DNA of 64,000 nucleotides. Origin: Rhizaria sp. SCN 62-66 (Eukaryota). The DNA is taken from assembly GCA_001724265.1 (NCBI GenBank), contig MEDY01000212.1, positions 1 through 64,000 on the forward strand, read 5' to 3'. Shown here piece after piece: positions 37,401-48,534 of this stretch (its first letter is position 1; every line of letters begins with the position of its first letter). Position numbers and translations under genes: made by a program. The notes under the pieces are model-generated. The model saw nothing but the letters and a program-made list of their open reading frames with translations. It ran no database searches and was not told where the DNA came from.

Positions 37401-39893
37401 TTCGCTTGCGATCACGACTGCGCCGCTGTGGGAGAGAGGCAGCAGCGCTAGCAAGGACTGCACCAAGTCGCTCCCCACGCCGCCGCCGTCGCCGCCGTCA
37501 CCACGGCTCAGACCGACGCTAGGCAGCGCCACGGCGTAGCCAGATGCCGCCTCCGCCGCAGCGGCCACGAAGTGAGCCACCAGGGGGTCCCAGGGGCCCT
37601 GGCGCGCGCTGGCCGCGGCCGCCGCGCCCGCCGCCGCGCCCGCCGCCGCAGCAGCGGTCACCGCGCGCGCCGCCGCCTTAGCTCGGGCCGCCTCGGCCGC
37701 GGCGGCCACGTTCGCGGGCATCATGGGCATAGTCGTCGCCGCAGCGGCAGCGGCAGCGACAGCCGTTGCAGCGACGGGGGACAGACACGAGGCCGGCAGC
37801 GCGGCGGTGGCGGCGGCGGCGGCAGCGGCGGCGGCGGCGGCGCCCGCGGCCTCGGCCTCGGCCTCGGCCTCGGGGCCCGTGGCCGCCACGCCGGTCAGCG
37901 CCGCGAAGATGCGGGTCGGCCAAGACGCCGGGCTGACCCAGGGCTCCGTCGCAGAGCCTGCAGCGCCCGCAGCGCCTGCTGTGCTAGCGGTCCTGAGGAA
38001 GCCAGAGGAGCCGCTTGGAGCACTAGGATCGCAGTCATTGTCGATGCTGTCGTTATTGTTGTGTGAGACACTGCTGTTGGCGCATGCGGTCGGCGGCATC
38101 GGGAGCACCAGGCTCTGCGGCAGCGGGGCCAGGGCCGCGCCCACGAACGCGCACGCCAGCTGCGGCAGCAGCAGCGGCAGCGGCGGCGCGACCACGGCCG
38201 CCACAGCTGCAGCCGCAGCAGCAGGCGCAGGCGCAGGCGCGGACGGCGAACTCGCGCCCGCAGTGCTACCGGTATTGCTGATGCCTTTCTGCGGATTTGT
38301 TAAGGCGCCGCTGTTGGCGCTGGCCAGAACAGACGGCGCGAGATGCGTGGCCAAGGCGCGCCAGACCGGAGCCCGCAGCCGCTGCGGCTCCCTCTCGCCG
38401 CCCTTGCCCTTCCCATGCCGCCTAGCGTGCAGCAGCATCGGCTGCGAGTGCGCGTGAGTTCCGATCATGTGTGTCGCAAGCCTACTGGCGTCAGAGCCTG
38501 TGGGGGCGTCGGTGTCGGTCGCGGCGGCGACTGCAACTGTGGCCGCCGCCCCGGCCACCGTCGCCGCCGCCGCCAGAGCCAGCGGGCCCTGGGACTGCGT
38601 CAAAGCGCTCGAGGCCACAACAGAGGCGGCGGCGGCGGCGGCGGCTGCGCTAGAGCCGCTGGTGCTGTTGCAGTGGTTCGGGCTAACGGGACCACGGCCA
38701 CGCTGTAGCTGCTGCTGCTGGCTGTTACTGTGATGGTAGTTGCTGCCGGCAAGAGCGCTTGCGCTTGCATTTGCGGCCAGAGTCAGGGAAAGTGGCAGTG
38801 ACCCCGTCAGTCCGGCCAAATACGGCACCAGCGCACGCGCAGTCGCACTCGCGCTAACAGAGCCGCTCAGGCTGCCACTACGGCCGCTGTTGGCGAAGGC
38901 GCCGCCGCTGTCGCTGTTGCTGTTGGCCGAGAGCAGCGGGGCGGCAGCGGGCACGTAGAGGTGGAGCTGCTGCGGCACAGTCAGCTGCGCGCACCTGGGT
39001 GCCGCGCGCGCGGGCCCCAGCCCCGCTGAGGGCAGCTCGGCGCCGGCCCAGGCGCGGCGCCGGCCCAGCAGCAGTAGAGCCAGCGCCAGCGCGCGCGCGA
39101 CGGCCGCGCAGCGCAGCACCGAGGCTGCGGGCACGGGCACCGCGGCCGCCACGACGGGCGGCGGCGGCGCGCGCAGCGCAACGAGAGCGGCGTCCTTGCT
39201 GTCGCCATTCCCGTTGCCGTCGTTGCTCACGCTGTTCAATTTGGCGGAGGCGGCGGCGGCTTTGGCGCGGGCGCGTGCGCGCGCGTGCGAATGCCTGTGG
39301 TCGCGCGAAAACGGCAGCGCAGACACCGGCAGCAACAGCGCGCCAGCGCCAGCGCCAGCGCCCGCACTCGCATTCGCGCTCGAGCTCGGAGTGAAGGCGG
39401 AGGACACAGCGGTGCTGGCGCTTGCGCTGGCGCTGGCGGCTGAGACGAGCGCGGCGACCGAGGCTGCCCACGGGTCCCTGCCGCCGCTGCCGCGGAGCTC
39501 AGCGGCGGCGGCGGCGTCCCGCAGCGGCCGGTAGAGCGCGCACACGGTGCCGTAGTCGAGGGACATCAGCGCCAGTAGCCCCGCGTACATGCCGTCGGTC
39601 GGCGGCGTCACTGATGCTGCGGCGGCTGCATCTGCGGGATCAGCTACAGTGGCCGCCGCAGTGGCCGCCGCGAGCGCAAGGGGGTGCGCGTAGGAGCCCG
39701 GCGCGGCCCAATCAAGCAGTGGCACAGGCGGCGCGTCAGCGGAGGCCGGCGCTGAGTCGAAGACAACGAGCAGGCAGCGGTCGTCTAGCACGGTGGGATG
39801 CAGCGCGCGCGCCGTGACGAAGGCGCGGACGCCGCGCTGCGCGGACACCCACGCCGAGGGGTGCGCCAGGTCCACCAGCACCAGAACGTTCAT
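22406..39893 (-). CDS. INTS6: Highly expanded Integrator subunit 6 (INTS6/DDX26)-like protein, ~5,700 aa; exons 39893-35558, 35378-35084, 34946-~22406
   Basis: N-terminus MNVLVLVDL..AQRGVRAFVTARALHPTVLDDRCLLVVFD resembles the INTS6 vWA start (recalled MPILLFLIDTS..AKGAVETFMKLRARDPASRGDRYMLVTFE); later blocks RRRAWAGAELPSAGLGP, TEPW..WPTRIFA, RHWPLP and FDWVAL come in the expected order. Two phase-consistent introns; in-frame TAGs at 30797, 24797 and 22418 join the ORFs. The extreme 3' end is uncertain. Confidence 0.65.
34947..35083 (-). other. Spliceosomal intron 2 of INTS6-like gene (137 nt, phase 2)
   Basis: GTACGT...TTTTGCAG; CG|A restores CGA in frame with ORF 30797-34972. Confidence 0.8.
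35379..35557 (-). other. Spliceosomal intron 1 of INTS6-like gene (179 nt, phase 1)
   Basis: GTGCGT...TGTAG, AT-rich; G|CG restores GCG in the correct frame. Confidence 0.8.
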
Positions 39894-40491
39894 GGCGCGC
39901 GGGGGCGGAGCGGGCGCGAGGGCAGGGCGGGCAAGAAACTGGGCTGTGGAGGGAAGCGGGGCTGCCCGGGGGAAAGGAAACAGGGAGAGAGAAACCTCGA
40001 GGCGAACGGAGTCTGCTGCGGTCGGCGCGTGAAGGACGATGTTGGGGCGAGGTTGAGAGGTTATGAGGTGGATTATTGATATTGTATAGAGTTCATTCAG
40101 AGATTAAACAACATTCTAGTCGCAATGCTATTGACGGAGTCTCTGATGAAAGGCACGCCTAATTACAAAGCTGCTGATCGCATGATGCGAGTCGAGCAGC
40201 CAGGTGGCGACACTAGCCATTTTAAAAACGTCTTTACAGCGTCGCGATTTGATCGTGTATAGCGAAAAAACGTGTTTATATCGAATAACTACTGAGTATT
40301 CTGCTTGTTATTTTTATTATATTTCTTCAACCTCCCTCATAGCTCTCTCCGCACGGCCACAACGCGCACCGTAATTCTGTGCGCTGTGACGACTCGCTTC
40401 CCCGCAACGCTCGCTCGCACCAACAACCTCCATTTTCAGCCACATCTGCGGTGTCTTGCCTAGACGCGGCGTTAATAGTCCTGCAACGGTA

Positions 40492-43400
40492 ATGTTCCGC
40501 TCCGCAGCCCTCACCACCCTCTCCCGCACTCGCACTCGCGCGCGCGCTAGTGCCCTGCCCCTGCCCCTGCCCCTGTCGCTGGCCCCGCAGATCCGCGCTC
40601 TCTCCAGCACCAGCGGTGTGCAGAGCGCACCCGCTGCGCCCGTGGGCGCGACGCTGCAGTCGCGGCAGATCCTGTTGGCGGGCTCCCCGGGCGTGGACGT
40701 GTTGCCCGTCGCGCGCGCGCTCTCCCAGCTCACCGACACGCCGCTGCTCCTGCTCTTCCCTGGCAGCAACACCCCCAGCAACACCAACATCACCACCAAC
40801 AGTAAAAACAATAGTATCAACAACACGCAAGCGAGCGATGCACCCAACGCCAGTGCGATTGCGCACGCGGCCGCGGCGGAGAACGCGATGGGCGGGCCGC
40901 TCTCGGCCCAGCTGCACGCGCTCGCCTCGGCCCGCAAGACCCACATCCTCGCTGCCGCCGCGCACGGTCACGGTCACAGTCATTCTGCAGCATCTGCGGC
41001 TGTGAAGGCGGTGGTGACGGGCGACTCTACGGCGCTGCTGGCGGCGCCCGCGCTGGCCGCGCTGCTGCCCAGCCCCTGGATCTCGGTCGTGTACCTCGAG
41101 AACGACGGCACCACGGCCTCGGCCAACCACCTCCGTAGCAACAGCGGCAACAGCAGCAACAGCAGCAGCGGCAGTAGCGCTCAGACAGCAGCGAACGCAG
41201 CCCACGCCGGCGCCCACAGCCGCCCTCGCGCTGGCGGTTTCAACAGCAACAACGCCAACGCCAATGACGCCGACGCCGACGCTGGCGCCGATGCGCCCGC
41301 GGCGGGCAGCGAGGACTGGGCCGGCCTGGCCACTGCGCTCTGGCCGAGCTCCAGCGCCGCCGCGGCCGCGCGCCAGGGCCCGCGCGCGCTCGGCCCCCTG
41401 CTGCAGCGCTACACGCTCCGCGTCGCGGCGCCCGCGCGCGCGCCGCTGCCGCCACCCGCCGCCGCCGCCGTCGCCGCGCGCGTGGCCACGGCCCTCGCTG
41501 CGTCGCCGCACCTCGTATCCACCCGGGGCCGGCCCTCCGCCGCCGACAACGCGCAGCTCGAGGACGCGCTCTCCTCCTCCTTCCTCAGCTCCAGCAGCAG
41601 CAGCTCGAGCAACAGCTCGGCTGTGACGGCGGCGCTGGCGGCGGCGGCGGCGGACGCGGGCGCGGCTCTCTGTGCGCGCTCACTGGCGGCCGACGGCGGG
41701 CTGCTGCTGCCGGACCCCGTCGCGGCGGCGCTGCTGCAGCCGCTGGGTCCGCGCGCGCTGTGCCGCCTGCGCGGCCTGACCTACGAGCAGCGGCTGCTGC
41801 GGCTGGCCGAGGCGGCGCCACTCGCCCCGCTGTCACCACAGGCGCTCGCGGCAGCCGTCAGCGACGCGTTCCTGGCCTCAGGGACGGCCGCCGCGCCCAT
41901 CGTGCTTGCGCCCTTCTCGCCGCGCCGTCTCTCGAGCCTGAACACCAACAATAGCAACATGGGCAATAGCGAGGGCGTGGAGAGCAGTCAGGCCGACGCC
42001 GCTTCAGACGCCGCTGCCTTAGACGCCGCCGCCCTCGACGCGCTGGTGCCGCGGCTGCGCGTGCTGGAGCTGTTCCACGGCCCCGCGGCGGGCGCGGCGG
42101 CGCTCTCGGCGCGGCTGGCGCTGCGCCTGGCCGAGGCGGCGGACGAGGCGGCCGTGGCGAGCAGCTCCGCCAAGGCGGCGACCGCGGCGGCCACGGCTGA
42201 GAGCCTCATTGCGGCCGCGGAGGCCGCGGAGAAGGGCTCGGCCGCCGCCAGGGCTGCGCGCGCGGATATCGCCGCAGAACTTGCCAGGTATGAAGAAAAA
42301 TATGATCGAAAATCTGAAAGACAAGCCCTTACATTCTTGTTTGTCGTTTGTGTCCCTTCAAGTTGCGTTGTCTTCTTTTGAAGCGATAACGTGCTTTCAT
42401 ATGCGAATGAATTGAATGCAAACTTTATTAACACTGTACAGTACATGTAATCTTATTCTCTTTATTTATGTCAAATTGTATATTTTTTTTAATCTTTCCT
42501 TCCCGCAGGCAAAAGGCCGCGACCCGCGCGGAGGCTGCGCAGCGGCTGCGTCAGCGCTCGCGGGCCATGGTGGCGGCCCCCGGCTGCCCGGCCGCGGCGG
42601 CCGCGCTGCTGGACAGCCTGCCGCCGGGCGCGGCGCCGCTGCTGCTGTTGCTGCCCGGCGACGCGCGCCAGCGGGCCCCCGCGGCGGCGGCGCTGCTGCT
42701 GGACGCTGCGCGGCGCCGCCCCACCGGCCTGCGGGCGACGCGCATCGTCGCCGCGGTGGGCGCGCGCAGGCGGGCCGCGCTGGCGCGGGCGCGGCAGCGC
42801 GCGCAGGCCGACGCCGCGGCCGCCAGGGCCCGGGACGCGGGCGGCGCTGGCGGGGCTGCCCGGGCCGCCGTGGCCGAGGCACTCTCCGACCTCACCGCGG
42901 CCATGGCTGGGACTGGAGCGCAAGACGGCGGCAGCACTGCTGCGGATGCTGCGGGGGCCGCTACTGCAGGGGCTGATGCGGCGGGGACAGAGCAGGAGCA
43001 GCAGGAGCTGGAGAGTGGCGTTCTGCGCCTCGAAGATGTCCTCGGCTACACTGACAGCCACCTGAACGTTTACACGCACTCTGCTGCTGGCTCGACTGGC
43101 ACTGGCACTAGCACTAGTCTGTCGCTGTCGCCGCCGAGTGTGCTGATCCTGGAGGTGGAGGGCGCCGACGCGGCCGCCTGCGACCGGCTGGCCCGGGCGC
43201 TGGCGGCCTCTGCGCCCGCGCTGCCGGCCCGCCTCCGCGGTGACGGCACGGAGCCTGCGAAGACAGAGACTGCGAAGGCGGGAACAGGCGCGGCGACAGG
43301 GGGCTGGGCCTGGGTGCAGGCCGACGCGGCGGCGGCGGCAACGGGCGCGGGGCCCCAGGGACTGGCGCTTACGGCCGCGATCGCCTCCGCCGTCGCCGAC

Positions 43401-44744
43401 GCGCTCGCAGACGCGGACGCCGGCCGCACGGACGCTGCAACCGCGTATGGCTCAAGTGTGAACTCTTATGACTTGGAGGCCGACGAAGAGGACGGCTTTG
43501 ACGGGCTCGCCTCACTCACGCGCAGCCTCTTCGCTGGCGCGAATGCCGCTATCACTGGCAGCAGCGAGAGCGAGAGCATTGGCAATCACAACAAGACTGC
43601 GCAGTCCGACTGCGTCGTCGCGAGGCTGGTCCTCTCGCCCCGGCAGCCCGCCGTGCTGGCCGCGGCCGTGGCGGCGCGTGCGCTGGGCCTGCCCGTCACG
43701 CTCGCCATCGCCGTCGAGGAGGGACACCCCGCAGACGAGCCGGTCCGCGCGCTGCTCGCCGGCGGCGACGGCAATAGCGGCTCGCTGCTCCGCACCAATG
43801 CGGCGGTGGCGGCGGGGACCGAGGCGGCGCTCGAGGCCATCCTCTTCCTCGAGTCGGAAATGTTCGAGGTACGCCTCTAGATTTATTGCTGAAGCAAAAC
43901 GCTTGAAGTGCAGTCGTCGTGTATTCTTGCATTTGTGATGTTTATCTTCGTTCATCATTTCTCACTTTTCTTCCTCTTTGCTTCTTCACTGCGTGGCGTT
44001 ATCCCCCATTCCGCAGGTCTCCAAGGCGCTCCCAGCGCTGGCCGAGGACCCGGCTTTGACGCTGGTCTCAGACGGCGCCGCGTCGGCCGCCGCCGTCGCC
44101 CGCCTCACCGCCGCCCTCTCCTCGTCCACCTCTTCCTCAGCAACTGCGAAGAGCAAGGGCAAGAACAGCAAGTCCAGCAAGGACACTGCGCCCGCGTCTG
44201 CGCCGGCGGTCGCGGGGCCCGAGCTCCAGGCGTGGCTGCGTCGGCGCCTGCCGCTGGTCTCCGTCTCCACCGCCGCGGCCGCCGCGGCCGCGCGCCGGTC
44301 CCTGGCGGTGCACGGCCGCCTGCTCGACAGTGCCACCGCCGTCGCCGTCGCCGCGGCGGCCAAGGCAGAGACAGAGGCACAGGCGGCGGCGGATGCAAAG
44401 GGTGCAAAGTCCATTGCATCGCGGCCTGTGACCGTGGTGATCGCCGCCGACCACCCCCAGCTCACGCTCGCCAACAACAGTAACACCGCCGCCGCCGCTG
44501 TCAAGGCCAAGGCTGGCGAATGCGAGGCAGCGCTGGGGGCGCGCGCACTGGCCGCGGCCCGCACCGCCGTCGCCGCCGCCATCGCCAGCGCCGCCAACAG
44601 CAACATCAGCAACGGCAGTCTTAGCAGCGGCTCGGTGGCGGTGCGGCCCCGCTTGCACGAGCTCATGGGCGCGGCTGAGGAGGCCCTCACCGCCGCCGCG
44701 GCCGCTGGCACAGTCGTCACTGATACTAACGATCAGAGCAACAA

Positions 44745-44778
<34 letters not shown>

Positions 44779-44961
44779 GCCAGCACTAGCGCTAAGACTG
44801 CGACGAAGACTGCTGCCAAGGGTGCGTCAGTGCTGCTGGAGGAAGCGGCATTGCCCGTGGAGACCGTGAGCAACGATCCGGCGGCAGTGGCTGCGGTTGC
44901 GGACGCGTTTCTGCGCGTCTTTTACCACTACTCCACTCAAAACAGCGACAAGCAGCAGTGA
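40492..44961 (+). CDS. Threonine synthase-like 1 (THNSL1)-like protein: degenerate shikimate-kinase-like plus threonine-synthase-like domains, mitochondrial-type presequence; exons 40492-42287, 42509-43868, 44017-44961 (1,366 aa)
   Basis: MFRSAALTTLSRTRTRAR presequence; ILLAGSPG (P-loop-like); LVSTRG..SLAADGGLLLP..LTYEQR..VLELFHGP; VLILEVEG; AAAVAARALGLPV; GRLLDSATAVA; ends at TGA. Confidence 0.75.
42288..42508 (+). other. Intron 1 of THNSL1-like gene (221 nt, phase 2)
   Basis: GTATGA...TCCCGCAG, AT-rich; AG|G frame-consistent. Confidence 0.88.
43869..44016 (+). other. Intron 2 of THNSL1-like gene (148 nt, phase 0)
   Basis: GTACGC...TTCCGCAG; frame-consistent. Confidence 0.88.
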
Positions 44962-45274
44962 GTGCGAGACTGTGAGCAGAGTTGCGAAAAGATGCATATG
45001 GAGTGGCATATAATGATATTTAGTATTTATATAATAATAAATTGTAAAAAATACATAATTTATTCTTCCTAAGTTATGTCTACTGTATCTTCCGAGATAA
45101 AATATCTCTTGCAGTGCAACAGCAACAAATCTTGTCGAGTCTGTTGCCTCACATCTTCAAGTTGACTTTGACGTCCCCTAGAACCAACAACGACTTAAAC
45201 AAGAGTGATTTACAATACAATAAGACGTAGCTAGCTCAACACCCGCGTTTTCATCCTCTGAACACGTATGTAGA

Positions 45275-47177
45275 ATGTCTCAAGAGTCTGCTCCAGCAGC
45301 AGCAGCAGCAGCAGCAGCTGATTCGAGCGTCCCCAGTCCGTGCAAGCACGACGAAGCTCGGGACGACGCCAACAAGCAGCTGGCCGTGTGCCCCATTCTG
45401 CGCATACCGCGCTTCGACGACTGGCACCTGCACCTGCGCGACGGCGCCGCGCTACCCGAGTACGTCTGGGCGTCTGCGCAGCGGTGCCGGCGAGCGCTGG
45501 TAATGCCAAACCTGGCGCCCCCCGTCACCACCACTGCGGCCGCGCTGGCCTACCGCGCGCGCATCCTCGCCGCGCTCGCCGCCGCCGCCGCGCGCCGCGG
45601 GCTGGCCGCTCCGCCGCCCTTCACGCCGCTGATGACGCTCTACTTGACGGAGGCCACGACGGCGGAGGAGATCGCGCTCGCGGCCCGCTCGGGTGCGGTC
45701 GTGGCCGCGAAGCTCTACCCCGCCGGCGCCACCACCAACGCGGCCCAGGGAGTGCGGGATATAGCCCGGCTGGACCCCGTGCTGCGCGCAATGGCCCGCG
45801 CAGGACTCGTGCTGTGCGTGCACGGTGAAACGACGGACCCGGCCACGGACGTGTTCGATCGGGAGGCGCAGTTCATCGCCACTGTGCTCGTGCCGCTGCT
45901 GGCCCGGCACCCGCGGCTGCACGTGGTCATGGAACACGTGACCTCCGCCGCCGCGGTCGCGCTCGTCGACGCTGACACAGTCCCGGCAAACACGCAGACA
46001 CCAACGCAAACGCATGCAGCGGGCGCTTCAAGTGCCGGCGCAAACGCTGCTTCAAGTTGTTCAAGTGTGCCTATCGCGGGGCGCGTTGCCGCGACGATCA
46101 CCCCGCAACACATGCTGTTCTCGCGCAACGCGCTGTTCCTGGGCGGCAAGCTGCGTCCGCACGCCTACTGCCTACCCGTGTACAAGACGGAGCGCGACCG
46201 CTGGGCGGTGGCGGGCGCGGCCGCGGGTACCGGGGTCAGGCACCCAGAGCGGTTCTTCGCCGGGACCGACTCCGCGCCGCACGCAATAGACGCAAAATGT
46301 AAGAAAAAGCATACGACTAGCAGTTTTAAGTTGTTATATAGTCAATATCCTTGTTATATCCCTCAAAAAAATGGTTTCGCCTATCTTTAACCACCCCTCA
46401 CTTCCCTCACTTGTGCCGCTTGTCTGTCCTCACTCGCGCCCGTAACCAGAGTGCTCCGCCTGCTGCGCGGGCTGCTATACGGCGCCGGATGCCGCCGCGC
46501 TGTACGCGGAGGCCTTTCTGCGCCACGCCGAGGCGCTGCTGCTGGCCGGCGACCTCACCGCGGCAGCCACGGTGACCGTGGGCCGGTTGCGCGCCTTCCT
46601 GGCGCGGGACGGTGCCGCGTTCTACGCCCGTGCTGCCCGCGCGGCCAGAGCGGCCGCGGAGGGGACGGCAACGGAGGGCAACCCTGCTGGCGATGACAAC
46701 CGCTCCAGCAGTGGCAGTGGCAGTGCGGGGGGCGCGGACCCCGCGCTGTTGGCCGCACTCGACTTGCCGCAGCACAGCACCGCGACGGCGACTGAGAACA
46801 ATGACAGCAGAGACAGCAACGACGACAGCAGCGACGGGCTGGTGTTGCTGCACTGCCGCTGCGACTGCTGCTGCTGCGGCAACGGCGGCGGAGGCGGCGG
46901 CGGCGGCCCGCGCGGGTGCCCCGCAGGCGCCCCGGGCTGCTGTCTCACGCGGGCCAACAACGAGCAGGCGCAGGCTCTACAACTGCAACAGCAGCAGCAA
47001 AGTGACTACAACGACGATGCGGCGGCGGTGACAGTGCGGATGGCGGCGGCAATGGCGGTGCGCCTGCGGTGGACACACGCCGCACACGTCACAGAGTGCG
47101 CAGAAGGCAGAAAGGTCTCCGAGTGCACAGAAGTAACTCTCGGGAGCAGCGGCGTTAGCAGCGTTGGTAAGCAGTGA
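45275..47177 (+). CDS. pyrC: Class II (PyrC/URA4-type, stand-alone) dihydroorotase; exons 45275-46298 and 46450-47177 (could extend to TGA 47329-47331 if there is a +1 indel near 47142)
   Basis: DDWHLHLRDG, ALVMPNLAPPVTT, PLMTLYLT, KLYPAGATTN, VHGE, FDRE, MEHVT, ATITPQH, PHAYCLPVYK, FAGTDSAPH, then after the intron CAGCYTAP..LYAEAF..LRAFLARDGAAFY. Confidence 0.95.
46299..46449 (+). other. Intron of dihydroorotase gene (151 nt, phase 1); splicing creates a T|AG codon
   Basis: GTAAGA donor, ACCAG acceptor; a TAA at 46443 in the exon-2 frame constrains the acceptor position. Confidence 0.85.
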
Positions 47178-47527
47178 GTCGGCCGCGATAGCAAGCACTT
47201 GCGAGATGAGCGTCGAGCTCTGCGCAGCGTGCAAACACGGTGAGTCACACACCCGCACGGACGGCATCGACAAGGACAATCCTGCGGGAATTGCAGTCAA
47301 AGCATGGCCATGTGAACTTCATGAAAAATGACATTTTTTCGAACGACTAATGTATCAAAATTGTTAATCAACACCAAAATACAGAGCAAAATAACCAAGG
47401 TTTCAGAAAACTAAGGATCGAATATACGAACAGCGTCTGTGCCGGTGACAGCGAGAGCGACGTTGGCATAGTGCGAGAGATTGCTCACCACCGCAAAGCC
47501 CCCGCGCTGGTCTGCGTCGTCACGTCA

Positions 47528-48052
47528 TCAGAACGCCTTCTTGCGCGACTGCTCCTCCGACCGCGCCTGCGCATACTGCGTCTGCGCAGACTGGGTCGGC
47601 GACTGCGCAGGTGACTGCGGCGGCGAGGAGGGCACGTAAACGTCGCGGGCGGGCATTGGGGCCGCCCCATGCGGCCTCGCACGCACCGCGTCCTCGATCT
47701 GCCCCGCGCGCTGCCGCACCGCGCCCGCCGCCGCCTGTGGGGACTTGCTACCGCCGCTGCCGCTGCTGCCACCGCTGCCGCTGCTGCCGCTGGAGAGGCC
47801 AACGACGTGGAGGATGAAGAGGACGGTGCGGCCAAGGTAGCCGAAGAACTCGACGCGGAACCGCTCACTGTTGACGGGAAGTGCAGAAAAAAGCGTGATA
47901 AACGATGTCGTGATGAGAGTGTCGTTCGCTATATGTGTCAGAGACGTCGATAAGAAGCGTGAAGTAAGAGTTGGGAGCATGATTGAGATGAGAGGGACGT
48001 ACGAAAGGACGATGGCGGCGACAAGCGCCACGATAAAGAGCAGCACAAACAT
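47528..48052 (-). CDS. Small membrane/secreted protein (129 aa); exons 48052-48003 and 47867-47528
   Basis: MFVLLFIVALVAAIVLS|ERFRVEFFGYLGRTVLFILHVVGL; intron 47868-48002 GTACGT...CAACAG; ends TGA TGA. Confidence 0.6.
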   Translation of the reverse strand: MFVLLFIVALVAAIVLSYVPLISIMLPTLTSRFLSTSLTHIANDTLITTSFITLFSALPVNSERFRVEFFGYLGRTVLFILHVVGLSSGSSGSGGSSGSGGSKSPQAAAGAVRQRAGQIEDAVRARPHGAAPMPARDVYVPSSPPQSPAQSPTQSAQTQYAQARSEEQSRKKAF

Positions 48053-48534
48053 GGGCCAGTGCAACTCAAGCAATGCTAACTTCAACGAGTCTGTTGCTGC
48101 TAAACAGCAAGCAAATGAGAGGTGGAGTGAGAACAAGGACGAGATTGCAAGAGAATATTAGCACGCAGAAAAACGGGGTGAAACTTCGGCGGGAATTTTA
48201 CAGGGTTACCGGACACTGCAGAAGATATAAAATCATGAACAAAATGGTGCGATCGTAAATCGTATGGGAGTTTCCAAATCACGACTATTTAATGTCCAAA
48301 CAGGCGAGAAATCTCAGCACTAATCCCCCTTTTTTAGCGGACTGGGGTTGCTCCGAAGAGGAATTGCGTGCAGTGTGCGATTGTATGCAGCAAATCGGTC
48401 GTCAAAGAGTCTGAAACTCATTTCGTTATTATTGAACGTACCTTCTCTGTATTATATTTTTGAGAATGTTTCTCAATTTCTTGGCTGCATGCACTCTCGC
48501 CCCTAGCTCGACTGCGCTTCGAAGCGCTTAAAAC

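Noticed and set aside
43878-43880. ORF 42468-43880 apparently ending at TAG
   Set aside because: This TAG lies inside intron 43869-44016, so it is not a gene end.
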